From Hypanus sabinus (taxonomy: Eukaryota), in contig NC_082706.1 in NCBI RefSeq assembly GCF_030144855.1, positions 15,562,001 through 15,626,000 on the forward strand: a stretch of DNA of 64,000 bases, written 5' to 3'. This document shows, piece by piece, positions 51,463 to 63,282 of this stretch; within the stretch, counting starts at the first letter, position 1, and each line of letters opens with the position of its first letter. Under the pieces are notes generated by a model, which worked only from the letters and a program-made list of their open reading frames with translations, did no database searches and had not been told where the DNA came from. Both the position numbers and the translations under genes were made by a program.

Positions 51463-52829
51463 GATTCTTCCAGACTAGAGAGGTGAGGGAGCACAAGATT
51501 GCACAGTAGAGACTGGCTGCCTGTACACAGTGTGCTAATTACATGCCCCGCGTTATTCCTCCTTTATGATGTCGTTGCAAAGCTTTAGCCTGTTACAACA
51601 GCTTCCTTTTACCTTTCTATTTTTTTTAAACACGGTAACACATGATGTTTTCCAAACCACCAGTTTTGGTAAACATCGTTTGTCAAAATATGATTGAATT
51701 CCAAACTGTGAACGGGGCTGTTATCAACCCCTCAGCTAATGCAAGGCATGCTTCACTGGGCATTGAGCACGATAGACGCTGTCGATATTAGACCTGCAGC
51801 TAATTAAGTAGTAAGCAGGTGTGAAAAAACTAATTTAGAAGTCCTTTTTAATTAATATTATTTACTTGTAGTATCCTAATAATTAGCTACCAAACAAATC
51901 CCAAGTGAGTTAGAAGCTCTGCACTGATTGGAGTGACATTGAATTTCTTCTATGTATTATCTTGCTGTTCTGGCCTTTTAGGTTTGACAACAGACACCAG
52001 AGCTGTTTGAAAGTCTGCCTCCTGAATAAACAATAGTGTTTGATTTACCATAGGATAGTCTTCTCTCAGACTATCTTGCACACAATTGCCTAGCATCACA
52101 AGAGCCATTTGGCCCGTGGGCTACGTTCAAGCAGTATTGAAATGCATTTCAGTTTTTCACGCTTTTATCTGATCTATCTCTCTTTTTTCCTCTCCCAGAG
52201 TTTTCCGTACTTCCGTGGGAGGCATACATTCCTGCCTTCTTCCCATGGGCGCCACAGAAGCACCACGGTCAGCGCAGCGCTATCACAGCTCAGGGTGTCA
52301 GAGTTCAGAGTTCATTCCTAGCGTCCTCTGCAATTAGCTTGTACATCCTCCCCGTGAAGGGATGGGTTTCCTCCAGGTGCCCGGGTTTCCTCCTACAGTC
52401 CAAAGATGTACCAGTTCGTGGGTTAATTGATCATTGTAAATTATCCCATGATTTGGCAAGGGTTAAATCAGTGGGTTGGCTGCAAGAGCAGATCGAAAGG
52501 ACAGAAGGGCTCATTCTAAGTAAGTAACCCCTGATGACCCTTACTAATCAAGAACATATCAACCTCCACTTTAAGTACACCAAATGATTTAGCCTCCACA
52601 GTCATCTGTGGCAATGAACTCCACAGGTTCACAACCCTCTAGCTGAAAAGAAAATCCTCCTCTCTGCTCTAAAGGAAGTTCTGCTATTTTATTCTCTTCT
52701 ATGGACCCCCCTCTCTCTTTGTCCAAATATTCAGCAATTCCCAGCCCAGAGAATTTACTCAACAAGAACTTCTGTTTCCCAATGATATTGTATTTTTCTC
52801 CTGCTTGTGTGGTTCTGTTGAACATTTTA

Positions 52830-53350
52830 GAGTTCCAAGCAAATTTATTAACGAAGTACATTTATGTCACCATTTACAAGCCCTGAGATTTGTTGTTTTT
52901 TTTGTGTGGCCATACACAGTAAATCCAAGAAGCACAATAGAATGGGTGAAGAACTGCACCCGACAGGGTGGACAAAAAAACATTGTGCAAACCTCAACAA
53001 AAGGTGCCAGTACAAAAGAAAAATAAATAATAGCAAGTAAATAAGCAATAAATATCGAAGCACCCTTGAAAGTGAGTCTGTAGTTTGTTGGAACAGTTCA
53101 GTGATGGGCAAATGAAGTTAATCTCCCACCCCCCTCCCCCTGGTTCAAGACTCTGATGTCTGAGGGGTGAGAACTGTTCCTGAACCCGATGGTATAAGTC
53201 ATGAGGCGCCTGTACCTTCTTCCTGATGGCAGCAGTGAGGAGAGAGCACGTCCTGTGTGATGGGGGCCCCAGAAGATGGATGCTTCTTCCCTGCGACAAC
53301 GTTTCATGTCGATATGATCAACGGAAGGGAGGACTTTACCCGTGACGGAC
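52830..53350 (-). mobile_element. Rex1/Babar-type LINE 3' fragment
   Basis: LSSLLPSGRRYRRL...FRNSSHPSDIRVLN. Confidence 0.8.
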
Positions 53351-54023
53351 TAAGTCTTATCCCTACTTTTGTGGGGAAAATGCCAAGTTGGCACCAGTGA
53401 ACCATAGCGACATTCTGTGAGCTGCTTATAAAACTTCCAAATACATCCTTTCTGAATTACACTCACTCCAACTTGCAGACTGTAATTTCCCTTTAAGCAG
53501 CTTTTGAACATTGTGGGCCTGCTGTGTTGGCGCAGGAATATGTGATAACAACTCTGCAGGCTGCCTCTAGCACATCCTTGGTAGTGTTGGTTGTTAACAT
53601 GAACGACGCACTTCGATAGGCACACGATAAATAAATCTGAACCCGAATCAACTGAGTTTACATTCTATATTTGCCAAGATTGGATTTGAATTCACAACTC
53701 TGGATTGCTCGTTTTTGGTGCTGGAGAATACACACACTGTAAACTTTATTAGCTACTTCCTGCACCTAATAAAGTGGCCACTGAATGTACGTTTGTGGTC
53801 CTCTGCTACTGAAGCGCATCCACTTCCAAGTTTTGACGTGTTGGGCATTCCTGGCGGCTTGAACTGGTCTGGCCTTCTCCTCAGACCTCTCTCATTAACA
53901 AGGTGTCTTCCCCTCAGAACGCCCACTCACTAGAATTTTCTTTTGCTTTTCACACCATTCTCTGTAAAATTCCAGAGTAGGGATTCCAAACCTGACCCCT
54001 CGATTATTGGTACTGGTCTATGG

Positions 54024-55031
54024 CAGAGGTGGCCAACCTTTTACACTCCATGCGTCAGTTCTTTCACGCACAAGTTCAGATGTACTATACAACGCTTGAA
54101 CCTCCATTCTCGTAAAAATGTTAATATAGACATATTTAGCATTTTTACATGATATATTGATTTAATATAAAAACAAGATAAACATTACTTACCTTAATGA
54201 GACTTTTAACAAATATATTTTGTCTCCTTTTCATTTCTTCCTTTTTCTTAATCACATATTCTTTCCGTAACTCAGACCCAAGCACTAGCTTCAGTTTTTC
54301 TATTTCAGTCTGATGTTGTGTTTTATAGTGTCTATTAAGATCATGTCTTCTATTATGTGAGAAAGTGTTTTCACAAACAATGCACAATGGTTTTCCTGAC
54401 AGACCCGCTATAAATAAGAACTCATTTTCCCACTGTTCATTGAATTCACACTTACTATCCCTTTCTGTTTTTCTTTTGCTCATTTTCTTTTGCACTGTGA
54501 TGGGTAACTAAATGTAAAACCAAGGCTAAGTTTTTGAAAAAGTACAAAACTGCAAATGTTCACAAAGGACGAACAAGGCACAACTCCGTAGCGCACGAGC
54601 GTCAATTGTAAACGGACTGGCAAAAACCTGCGACGCACCACCGGTGCAGACGCCTGGCGCCTCAGGATCAAACAAGTATCAAATGTGTATTGAACAGTTA
54701 TGGAACAACTGCAGAACAAAAGTCCTTCTTTCCTAGTTTGACTCATTGAACATTTTTTTAATTGAAAACAGATTAATGTGAAAAAAGATAACATTCGCCA
54801 AAAGATGTGCACGAAATAATAAAATCTCAAAAAATGATTGTGATGTAGATTTATTCTCAGTAAAACCCATTTCTAGCTCTAAGCTACTTGAATTCCTGTT
54901 ATAGATATTTTTCTACAAATCGGTTTTTGGTTAATACTTTTTGCACGAGTAGGCTGACTTTTTTATTATTATCACTGGGGTGCAATGCAACACTTCTAAT
55001 CATCCAATGTGCCACAGGTTGGCCATTCCTG
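54024..55031 (-). mobile_element. Internally deleted hAT DNA transposon (Charlie/SPIN/Buster-like)
   Basis: TIRs CAGAGGTGGCCAACCT / AGGTTGGCCATTCCTG; imperfect 8-bp flanks GTCTATGG / GTCTAGAG; transposase N-terminus. Confidence 0.85.
54193..54483 (-). pseudogene. hAT transposase N-terminal zinc-finger segment (GTF2IRD2/EPM2AIP1/SPIN-like)
   Basis: MSKRK...FNEQWENEFLF...KPLCIVC...NRRHDLNRHYKTQH; 97 intact codons ending at AAG|GTAAGT. Confidence 0.8.
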
Positions 55032-56271
55032 GTCTAGAGACAGTTGTGCATCAAAATCCCAGGAGATCAGTAGTTTCTGTGACACTCAAACCACCCTGTC
55101 TGGCACCAACAATCATTCCACAGTCACAGTCACTTAGATCCCATTTCTTCCCCCATTGTAATGCTTGAATTGAACCTCTCAACCATGCCTGCATGTTTTT
55201 ATGCATCGAGTTGCTGCCACGTGATTGGCTGATTAGATACTTGCATCAACGAGGTGCCCCGGTATACCTAATAAAGTGGCCATTGAGTGTGCCTTCTATA
55301 AATTAACCACATCACCACCAGTGCCACCCAAAGAGGGTGCTAGAACTGGTCTTCTCATTGAGCGGAGAGAGAAGGTAGAAAGGGGGACAGTGCTTAAACA
55401 GAAGAAACACGCCAAATAACGTTAACAAAATGGCAAAGCCTCGTAAAGATGCAGACGGAGAGAGATGAGTGGATATATCATAATAAATGTTCCCCTTAGC
55501 TTATATACTCATCGGCACCCTCAGGCATGCCGATTGAGCAAATACAGGTGCCTGAAAGAGAGAGAACTCTGAATCCAAATCTCCCACAGGAAACCAACCC
55601 CAGATGTGTATGAGAGTAGGAATGGGACACATATTGTTCGACAATCCTGACTTTAAATCATGTTCACGTCACTTGGAAAATTCTTTCCCAAGGGCTGTGG
55701 TTGCAAATAGAAAGGCAAGAGGAGTTATTTTCTTGCGCTCTCCTCCCCGAGTTTTATTTTCGCTTCCCCTTCCTTGCTTGGAATCTCTACTAGCAAGGGA
55801 TTCGTAGAGCTCTTGTCCCAGTGCCCACCATTCATACATAGGACCTAACCGGGAGCCTAGCCATGTCCTCATCCAACACCCACACACAGCCCCCTCCAAA
55901 GACATCAGGAGCAGGAATCTGATTATTATTATTACACAGAAGGAAACCATTCAGCCCATCGGAGTCCATGTTGCCTCCAGAGGGGAGGGACCCCAATGGT
56001 CCTTTCTTTCTTAAGGTTAGCTTTATTTGTCACGCGTACATCAATACATATACATCGTCAAGTGCGTCGTTTGCATCAGTATCTGTATATGTGCTTGGGG
56101 CAGCCCACCATGCCTCCATCGCCAACAAAGCATGCTCACAATTTACTAATCCTAGTCCCAACCCTGCGTCTTTGGAACGTGGGTGGAAACTAGAGCACCC
56201 AGAGGAAACCCACGTGGTCACGGAGAGAATGTACAAATCCTTACAGACAGTGGCTGGAATTAGACAGTAAC

Positions 56272-56748
56272 ACCATAGAGTACAGGAGCAGGATCAGGCC
56301 ATTTGGCCTATCGAGTCTGCTCTGTCATTTCATCATGGCTGATCCATTTCCCTCTCAGCCCCAATCTCGTGCCTCCTCCCTGTATCCCTTCATGCCCTGA
56401 CTAATCAAGAATCCATCAACCTCTGCCTTAAATGTACCCAATGACTTGACCTCCACAGCCACCTGTGGCAATGAATTCCATAGATTCATCACTCTCCGGT
56501 TAAAGAAATTCCTCCCCATCTCCATTCTAAATGGACGTCCCTCTATTCTGAGGTTGTTTCCTCTGATCTTGGACTCAGCCCCCCCTTAGGAAACATCCTT
56601 TCTACATCCACTCTTTCGAGGCCTTTCAACATTCGATAGGTTTCAATGAGATCCCCCCCCCTCGTTGAGTACAGGCCCACAGCCATTAAACGCTCCTCAT
56701 GTGATAAGCCTTTCAATGGCAGAATCATTTTCCTGAGCCTCCATTTGA
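56272..56748 (-). mobile_element. CR1 LINE 3' fragment
   Basis: LSHEERLMAVGLYS...GDLIETYRMLKGLERVD. Confidence 0.85.
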
Positions 56749-57085
56749 ACCCCAATCTCCGATGCTCCAGAACCCTGGAGCCCTTTGTGACCGCTGGACT
56801 CTGGACTCAGAGACTGAGGGATAATCTTGTTCGCTCCTTCCTCAGATGAGAACAGGTGTTCAGGGTCCCTCCCAGAAATGTGTAAAACTCCATATTCATT
56901 GCTGGGAAAGGAGCTATTTAGTGCAGAGGATCCACGCCTGCCAGGTTAACCATCTCATCAGACCCGCTCCCATCCCTCCTTATTTTCCTGCAACTTATTT
57001 TTTTTTTCAGACACAATGAACTCTAATCAACACGTACAACAAGCTGGAGGAACTCAGCAGGTCGGGCAGCATCCGTGGAAACGAG

Positions 57086-57121
57086 CAGTCAACGTTTCAG
57101 GCCTAGACCCTTCGTCAGGAC
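57086..57121 (-). ncRNA. Minimal hammerhead ribozyme motif, core intact, in a Penelope-like end (~57028-57121)
   Basis: GUC-CUGACGA-AGGGUCUAGGCCU-GAAAC-GUU^GACUG. Confidence 0.55.
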
Positions 57122-57483
57122 GCATCAGGATGTTGCACGTGCTGCTTTGACCCCAGCATCTGCAGAGTATTTTATGTTGTCAACTCTAATCAAATATTCT
57201 ACCATTAAGCTACACCAGGGACAACTTGTAGTAGTAGCCAATTCACTATCCCTCATGCCTCTGGGGCATGGGAACAATCTGAAGCGTCCATAAAGTCGCT
57301 GGAAGAACATACATCTCAGCAGATACTACACCTGTGATTGACCCTGGAGTTGTGGGGCAGGAGCGCTACCCGCCAGCACACCCAGAGCTACAAAAGTCAA
57401 AATTTCCCATTAATTATATGGAAGAGTTTCTATTAAATTCACCAAGCCAATGGGAAATTTTTCAGAACCCCAATGGGGATGTT

Positions 57484-57656
57484 TAAAGTTCAAAGTAAAT
57501 GTTATTACCAAAGTACGTATCCAACCCTGAGATTCATTTTCTTGTGGGCATACTGAGTAAATCTTTGAAATAATAACCGTAAGAGAATCAATGAAAGGCC
57601 GCCCAAGCAGGGCATTCGACCGGAGTGCAGAAAACATCAAACTGTGCAAATACAAA

Positions 57657-57689
<33 letters not shown>

Positions 57690-58203
57690 AGAAATTAGTA
57701 TTGAGAACACCAGATGAGGAGTCCTTGAAAGTGAGTCCATTGGTTGTGGAAACACTTCAGTGATGAGGCAAGTTCAGCCTTTGGTTCAAGAGCCTGATGG
57801 CGCTAGGCCTGTTCCTGAACCTGGCAGCAAGAGTCCTAAGGCTCCTGTACCCTCTTCCCGATGGCAACGGTGAGAAGAGAGCACGACCTGGGAGATTGGG
57901 TGGGGTTTGCTGATGATGGACGCTGCGTTCCTACAACAGTGTTTCGTGTAGATGTGCTCAGTGGTGGAGAGGGCTTTACCCATGAAGGACTAGGCTCATC
58001 CACCACTTTTTGTAGGATTGTCCACTCTGAAGGGCACTGGTGTTTCCATACCAGACTGTGATGCAGCCAGTCAGTATACTTTCTACTACGCATCTAACGA
58101 AGTTTGTCAGATTTTTAAATGTCATGCCGAATCTCCACAAACCCCTAAGGGAGTAGAGGTGCTGCAGTGCTTTCTTCGTAATTGCACTTACGTGCTGGGC
58201 CCA
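57484..58203 (-). mobile_element. Rex1/Babar-type LINE 3' fragment
   Basis: Same family as 37015-37815, reversed; internal (AAT)n. Confidence 0.8.
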
Positions 58204-60094
58204 GATGTGACAGCCCTGTCTCCATAGATTAATCTGTGCTCACAGAGTGGTTGGACGTCTCTGCCGTCTGGGGTGTGGTTACTCATGAGGTCAGAGTTAT
58301 GGGGAGGAAAGTCAGAGTCAGACAGAACTAGAGCACAGATACGGACCCCTTTAGTCTAACTAGTCCACGCTGACCTTGCTGTCCACCCAGGGCAACGTAG
58401 CAGTGTGGCATAACATAACACTTTACAGCACCAGTGACTGGGGTTCAATTCCTGCCACTGCCCATAGGGAGTTTATGTGCCCCCCAGTGACCGTTTAGGT
58501 TTCCTCCAGGTGCTCCCATTCCCTCTCACATTCCAAAGACATACGGATCAGTAAAGTTAGTAAGCTGACTTATCTCTGATCTAAAGGGACGTCACTCCAT
58601 TCTGAGGTTGTGTCCTCTGGTCCTAGACTTCTCCTACTACAGAAAACATCCTCTCAATGTTCTCTCTATCTAGCCTTTTCAATATTCAACAGGTTTCAGT
58701 GAGATCCCTCCTCAATCTTCTAAACTCCAGCAAGTACAGGCACAGACCCATCAAACACTCCTCATAAGTTGACCCTTCCATTCCAAAGATAATTCCCGTA
58801 AACCAACTTATCAATTCTGATACCTTTATGTGTGTGAAAGGAACACACATAAAATCTATCAGGTACAGTACTAGAAACACTCAGCAGGCGAGCCAGCATA
58901 CATGGAGAGAAAAACAAGGCCAACATTCCCACTCACTTACAGTGCCTGATCTGCTGAGTACTTTCTGGTTTTGCTTATTATTGTACAATTTGCTCTTTTC
59001 AGCAAATTAATCTAAAATTGAATGTGACAATGGGAAATTCTGCAGCAAATTTTCCCACATCAAGTTCCCACAAACTACAACAGCAAGGCTATTAAGTTTT
59101 AACTTTTCATTTGGCCTGAACAACTGCTTTTCCTCAAAATAGAACCTAGAACAGTACAGCACAATATGGGGCCTTCAGCCCACGGTGTTGTGTCAACTGA
59201 TGTAAACCTACTCCACAATCAATCTAACCCTTCCCACCTCCGGCAATGCATTCCAATCTCCCACTCTTCTCCTGACTTCCGGTCAAGATGGCACCTGCAT
59301 ACAATGCTCCTTTGGTTGACATCTCCTGGATAGATCACAAAACCATATATTTAACTTTTTTTTAATGTCTTTTACGTTTGCGTTTCACCTTGATTGTGAT
59401 TCTGGAACTGCTGGAGCCTGCGATTTCCAGTCTGGAGATCGTTTGGGTGTTTCAGCGCTCTGCGGTCTCAGAGAGGATTCCGGGAGCCAGAGGCAGCGTG
59501 CGGGAACTTCATGGCAAGAAGGCTGCGGGACGGGGCGCAAGCTGATGTTGAACTCCATTTTGCTGTTTATAGCGATGAGGGAGATTCAAACATCGAGGCA
59601 AATGTGGAAGGTGATCACCTGCTGCTTGCCTTATTATAGCTGGGGGAGCACTCTGCTGCTGGAGAGGGCAGACTGCCTTTTTAAATCGCTGGTGAGATCG
59701 CTCTGCTGCTGGATAAGGGAGGCTGCCTTTTTAATCACTGGTGGGATCGCTCACTGATAGGGAGGAAAAGGCCGGCTCTGCCACTGTGCCTGGATAATGT
59801 TGCCCAGGTTTTTCTGTGTGTTGGATGTGGACTTGGACTACAGACTTTTATTTAGTTTTATAGTTTTTTTATATTCTGTGTTTTTCACCCGATCTTTCTC
59901 GTTTTTTTTTGTGTGGGGAAGGGGGATTTGGGGGTTGATGACTGTGCTGCCATTCTTTGTCTTCTTGGTTTTGTGGCTATTTGGAGAAGAAGAAGTTGCA
60001 GAGTTGTATACTTTGATAATAAATGAACCTTTGAACCACTCTCTGGGTAAAAACACCTGCTTGACATCTCTCCCCAGACTCTCCCCCACTCACT

Positions 60095-60205
60095 GTATAT
60101 AAAATGGTGCATGGGATCTTTTGTACCCACCCAAGAGAGGACTTTGATTTTGCATTTCTTCTGAAAGTCGGCAACTGCAACAATGCAGAACTCCCACAGT
60201 ACTAC
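60095..60205 (-). mobile_element. Deu-domain SINE remnant (DeuSINE/SacSINE1/AmnSINE1-related)
   Basis: Reverse strand GTACTGTGGGAGTTCTGCATTGTTGCAGTTGCCGACTTTCAGAAGA...GGTGGGTACAAAAGATCCCATGCACCATTT resembles the Deu core as I recall it. Confidence 0.6.
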
Positions 60206-60467
60206 CAGTCTATGCTTCCACTCACTCCTTGCTGGAGGAATTGCAAATTGCCCTCTCTGCAACTCCATCCACCCAGGTGTAGAGCCCCGTTCAGACTATG
60301 CCTCAACCCAGAGCCTCTACAGTGGAAGACACAGGAGATTCTGCAGAAGATGGAAATCTAGGGCAAGTTGCTGGAGGATGCTTTTCTGTAACTCTATCAG
60401 ATTCATGGACGGTAAGGGTGTAGAAGGCTATGGTTCCGGTGCACGTTGATGGGAGTAGGCAGCTTTA

Positions 60468-60600
60468 AGTCCTGAGGAAGGGTCTCAGCCCAAAATGTCG
60501 ACTGTTTGTTCATTCCCATAGATACCGCATGACCTGCTGTGTTCCTCCAGCGCTTTGTGTGCTTGCTCTGGATTTCCAACAGCTGCAGATTTTCCTGTGT
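60468..60600 (+). mobile_element. Penelope-like terminal fragment with inactivated hammerhead
   Basis: AGTC-CTGAGGA-AGGGTCTCAGCCC-AAAAT-GTC-GACTG. Confidence 0.78.
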
Positions 60601-61611
60601 TTTTGATTTTCCGTCCAGCAACCCACCTATTTAACCCCGGCCTAATCACAACTCATTTTACAATGGCCGATTAACCTGCTAACCGGCAGGCCTTTGGAAT
60701 GTGGGGGGAAACCGCAGCGCCCGGATCTGTAATACCGCCACGGCGCCCCTGGGGCCGCTCCCACCTCGGTCTGGGGTGGTGGGAAATGTATGACATGACC
60801 CACCCCAACTCAGAAGGCGAAGGGAAAGGAGACAAGTGCCCAATAAATTAAGTCTAGGCCTGAGTTCCAGAAATTTATTTAAGGCAATGTGGAATTATTT
60901 ATCTGCTCGAGCTGGTTACAATGGGAGAAAGCTATACATTCTGACAGGCACGACTGTAAAAGAAGAAATCGTCCCAAAAACCTGGAAACCATTCACCGCT
61001 CTCACATATCGACTGTATTCAATTAAAGCAAGTATGTATGGGAACTCAGTATCCAACTCAATGCTGGGGTCAAAGTAACAAATAAGCTGAGATTAGAAAG
61101 GACAAGGAGCCTGATCCCTCCAGGAATTATCAAGTTTAATGACTTTGCCACATGGTTATTGGAAAGTGAGTGGGAGTCCTGGTCCAGTTCCACCATTCAT
61201 CAGCTTGGTATTTGTAATCGGACCCTGCAATACTCACATCTAGGAAGTTTTACACCAGGAAACATATGCAGAACAGCTAACGTACCAATGGACCTGAGGA
61301 AACAACTAAGCAATGCAAGCGAAACTGCAAAACGGTTTGATTTCCTATTAAAATCTACACCAGTTAAATCATGTTACATCAATGTCACCAAGGGGTGGGG
61401 GGGGGGGGGAAAGGAGCTGAAGGGGAGAGGGGATTAGGGAAAGGGATGAATGAAGGAGTCAGGGGATGGGGGAGGAACAAAGGAGAACGGTAAGTTAGGG
61501 AAGAATGGGAAGCCTGTGCTTATTTCTTTATGTAGTCTGCACATGATCAGCAAATGTGCATAGGCTTCTGTGTCTGGGCATGTAGATCATACGTCCGTGG
61601 TGTATATTGTT

Positions 61612-62035
61612 GGGGAGTACGGGGTGTCCTAGGAGGGACTTGTCCCTCCCGGCGCGACTCACTCTTCTTTGGTCCCCACCTGCGGCTCCAAGGAGCTGTT
61701 TGCCTGCGACGGGGACCACACCCCGGTACTCCGCTTCGCCGGGCGGGCTAAACCAGGTGAGGGCAGCCGGTGAGGTGGGGGACACACCTGCCCCAGCACA
61801 TAAAATCAGCTTCGGCGGACTGGGCGAATGAGATCTACAGCGGGATCCAACGGCCAGGGAGGCAGAACTGCAACGCTCCATGGAGAGCAAAGGAGCACGA
61901 CAAGGTCATCCGCTGCGCCCAAGACCCACGTTTGTAACGCTTGTTCGTACCACTGGGCCCGGCTTCGGAGGTCAGGATAGTGGAACTGCCCCAGTGCAAT
62001 CGCTTTTCCACTTTAAAACTCTCCCACACAGCTTT

Positions 62036-62037
<2 letters not shown>
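61612..62037 (+). mobile_element. Probable RTE-clade LINE 5' UTR / structured leader, no ORF attached
   Basis: CpG-rich, extensive pairing, GGGCTAAACCAGGTGAGGGCAGCCG motif resembling RTE 5' regions (from memory). Confidence 0.5.

Positions 62038-62106
<69 letters not shown>
62038..62106. repeat. (TG)n microsatellite followed by a degenerate TG/TA tract to ~62310
   Basis: About 34 TG units. Confidence 0.97.
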
Positions 62107-62108
<2 letters not shown>

Positions 62109-62926
62109 GTATATATGAGTGTGTGGAATTTGTGTGTGTAGTTGTACATGTACGATTGTCAGTCTGTGCTATCTGTATGTGTGTATATTAGTGTGCATAT
62201 ATGTATACATGTGTTCTTATATCTGCACTTGTATGCGTATGTGGGTATCTGTCTATTTGTATATGTGGACACATCAGTGTGTGTGCGAGTGCGCTTGTGC
62301 TTATGTGTCCGTGCGTGGTCTCCAGTTGTCTTGGGCCTCGTTGCCGAGGACCATTTCCTTGCCCTGTCACTGCTGAGCACCAGGCACCCCAGGTGAGGTG
62401 AAATCACACCCAGACACGGGGTAGAATGAAGTCACCCTGGAGCCCAAGGGAGTGCTGAAGGAGAAAACAATGCAGGCAATGTATAGAGCTGGCTCCCTCA
62501 CAGCCACCGTTAACCCTTAATGAACCAAGCTGATTTATGTAAAGCTCCTCTCCCTGGCCCACGCAGTCTTAAGACTCACAGATCTTCAGTCCTACCAGGA
62601 TTTGGGTCTAACGTGGAGAGACCATTCTCTCCTATTCCAGACGGTAAGCCGAAAGCTTCACTGATTTTCCTTTCACAAGTAAGAGTGTCAATAGCTACTG
62701 ACGTCAGACTGCACCCAGAGGAATAAAGGCTGTGTCTCAGTCTCATTACCCCTGGGCCAGAAGGGGTTAGAGACAGGCTGAGGCAACCTTGTCATCTGAC
62801 TCCCCCTCGCGAAGCAAGAACAAAAGAAAACTGAAGTGAAGGGTGGGGAGAGGAGCAAACAAAGCAACTTTCAGGATCGCACACCAAAGCCCTACGACTA
62901 TTTTTCTGATGTGTAATCACAGCTGT

Positions 62927-63282
62927 TGGGTGGTGGGTGGAGATACATCTCTACCAAAGGAGGTGTAAGGTGCTCCTTCCCTCTGCTAGCCTGCAGGTCA
63001 CCCTTGGGCAAGGTGTAGCACCTGCTTTGCCCACCCGATCAGGGTCATGTGAAACCATGGGGGCAAGTGGTGGATGGTTGTACAAGCAGATGGTGCACAC
63101 CACGAGTTCTGGTTATGGCAGACAATCTCGGAAGAGTATTGAAAATGGCTGGGATTACCCGTCTTGTAAAGACGCTGCCCAGGAGGAGGAAACAGCAAAC
63201 CACTTCTGCAGAATTTGGCAAGAACAATCCTGATCTTGGGCCAAGGTCTCCCACGTCATATGACACAGCGCATAATGATGAT
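62927..63282 (+). mobile_element. SINE-like element with RTE/BovB-type motif
   Basis: Full copy of the 8043-8409 family, (ATG)n tail. Confidence 0.82.

Larger units (their letters stand above)
53731..55290 (-). mobile_element. Non-autonomous Tc1 element split by a nested MITE and a hAT element
   Basis: TIRs CCTAATAAAGTGGCCA(C/T)TGA; internal sequence collinear with the 24476-25035 copy on both sides of the insert. Confidence 0.82.

Noticed and set aside
51034-51496. Gly/Glu/Arg- and Pro/Leu/Ser-rich ORFs
   Set aside because: Translations of a polypurine tract that cannot contain stop codons
55508-55570. Strong minus-strand acceptor with a small hairpin as an exon
   Set aside because: Only a weak donor follows and all frames stop quickly
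61835-62407. (CV)n / (TH)n ORFs
   Set aside because: Translations of the TG microsatellite
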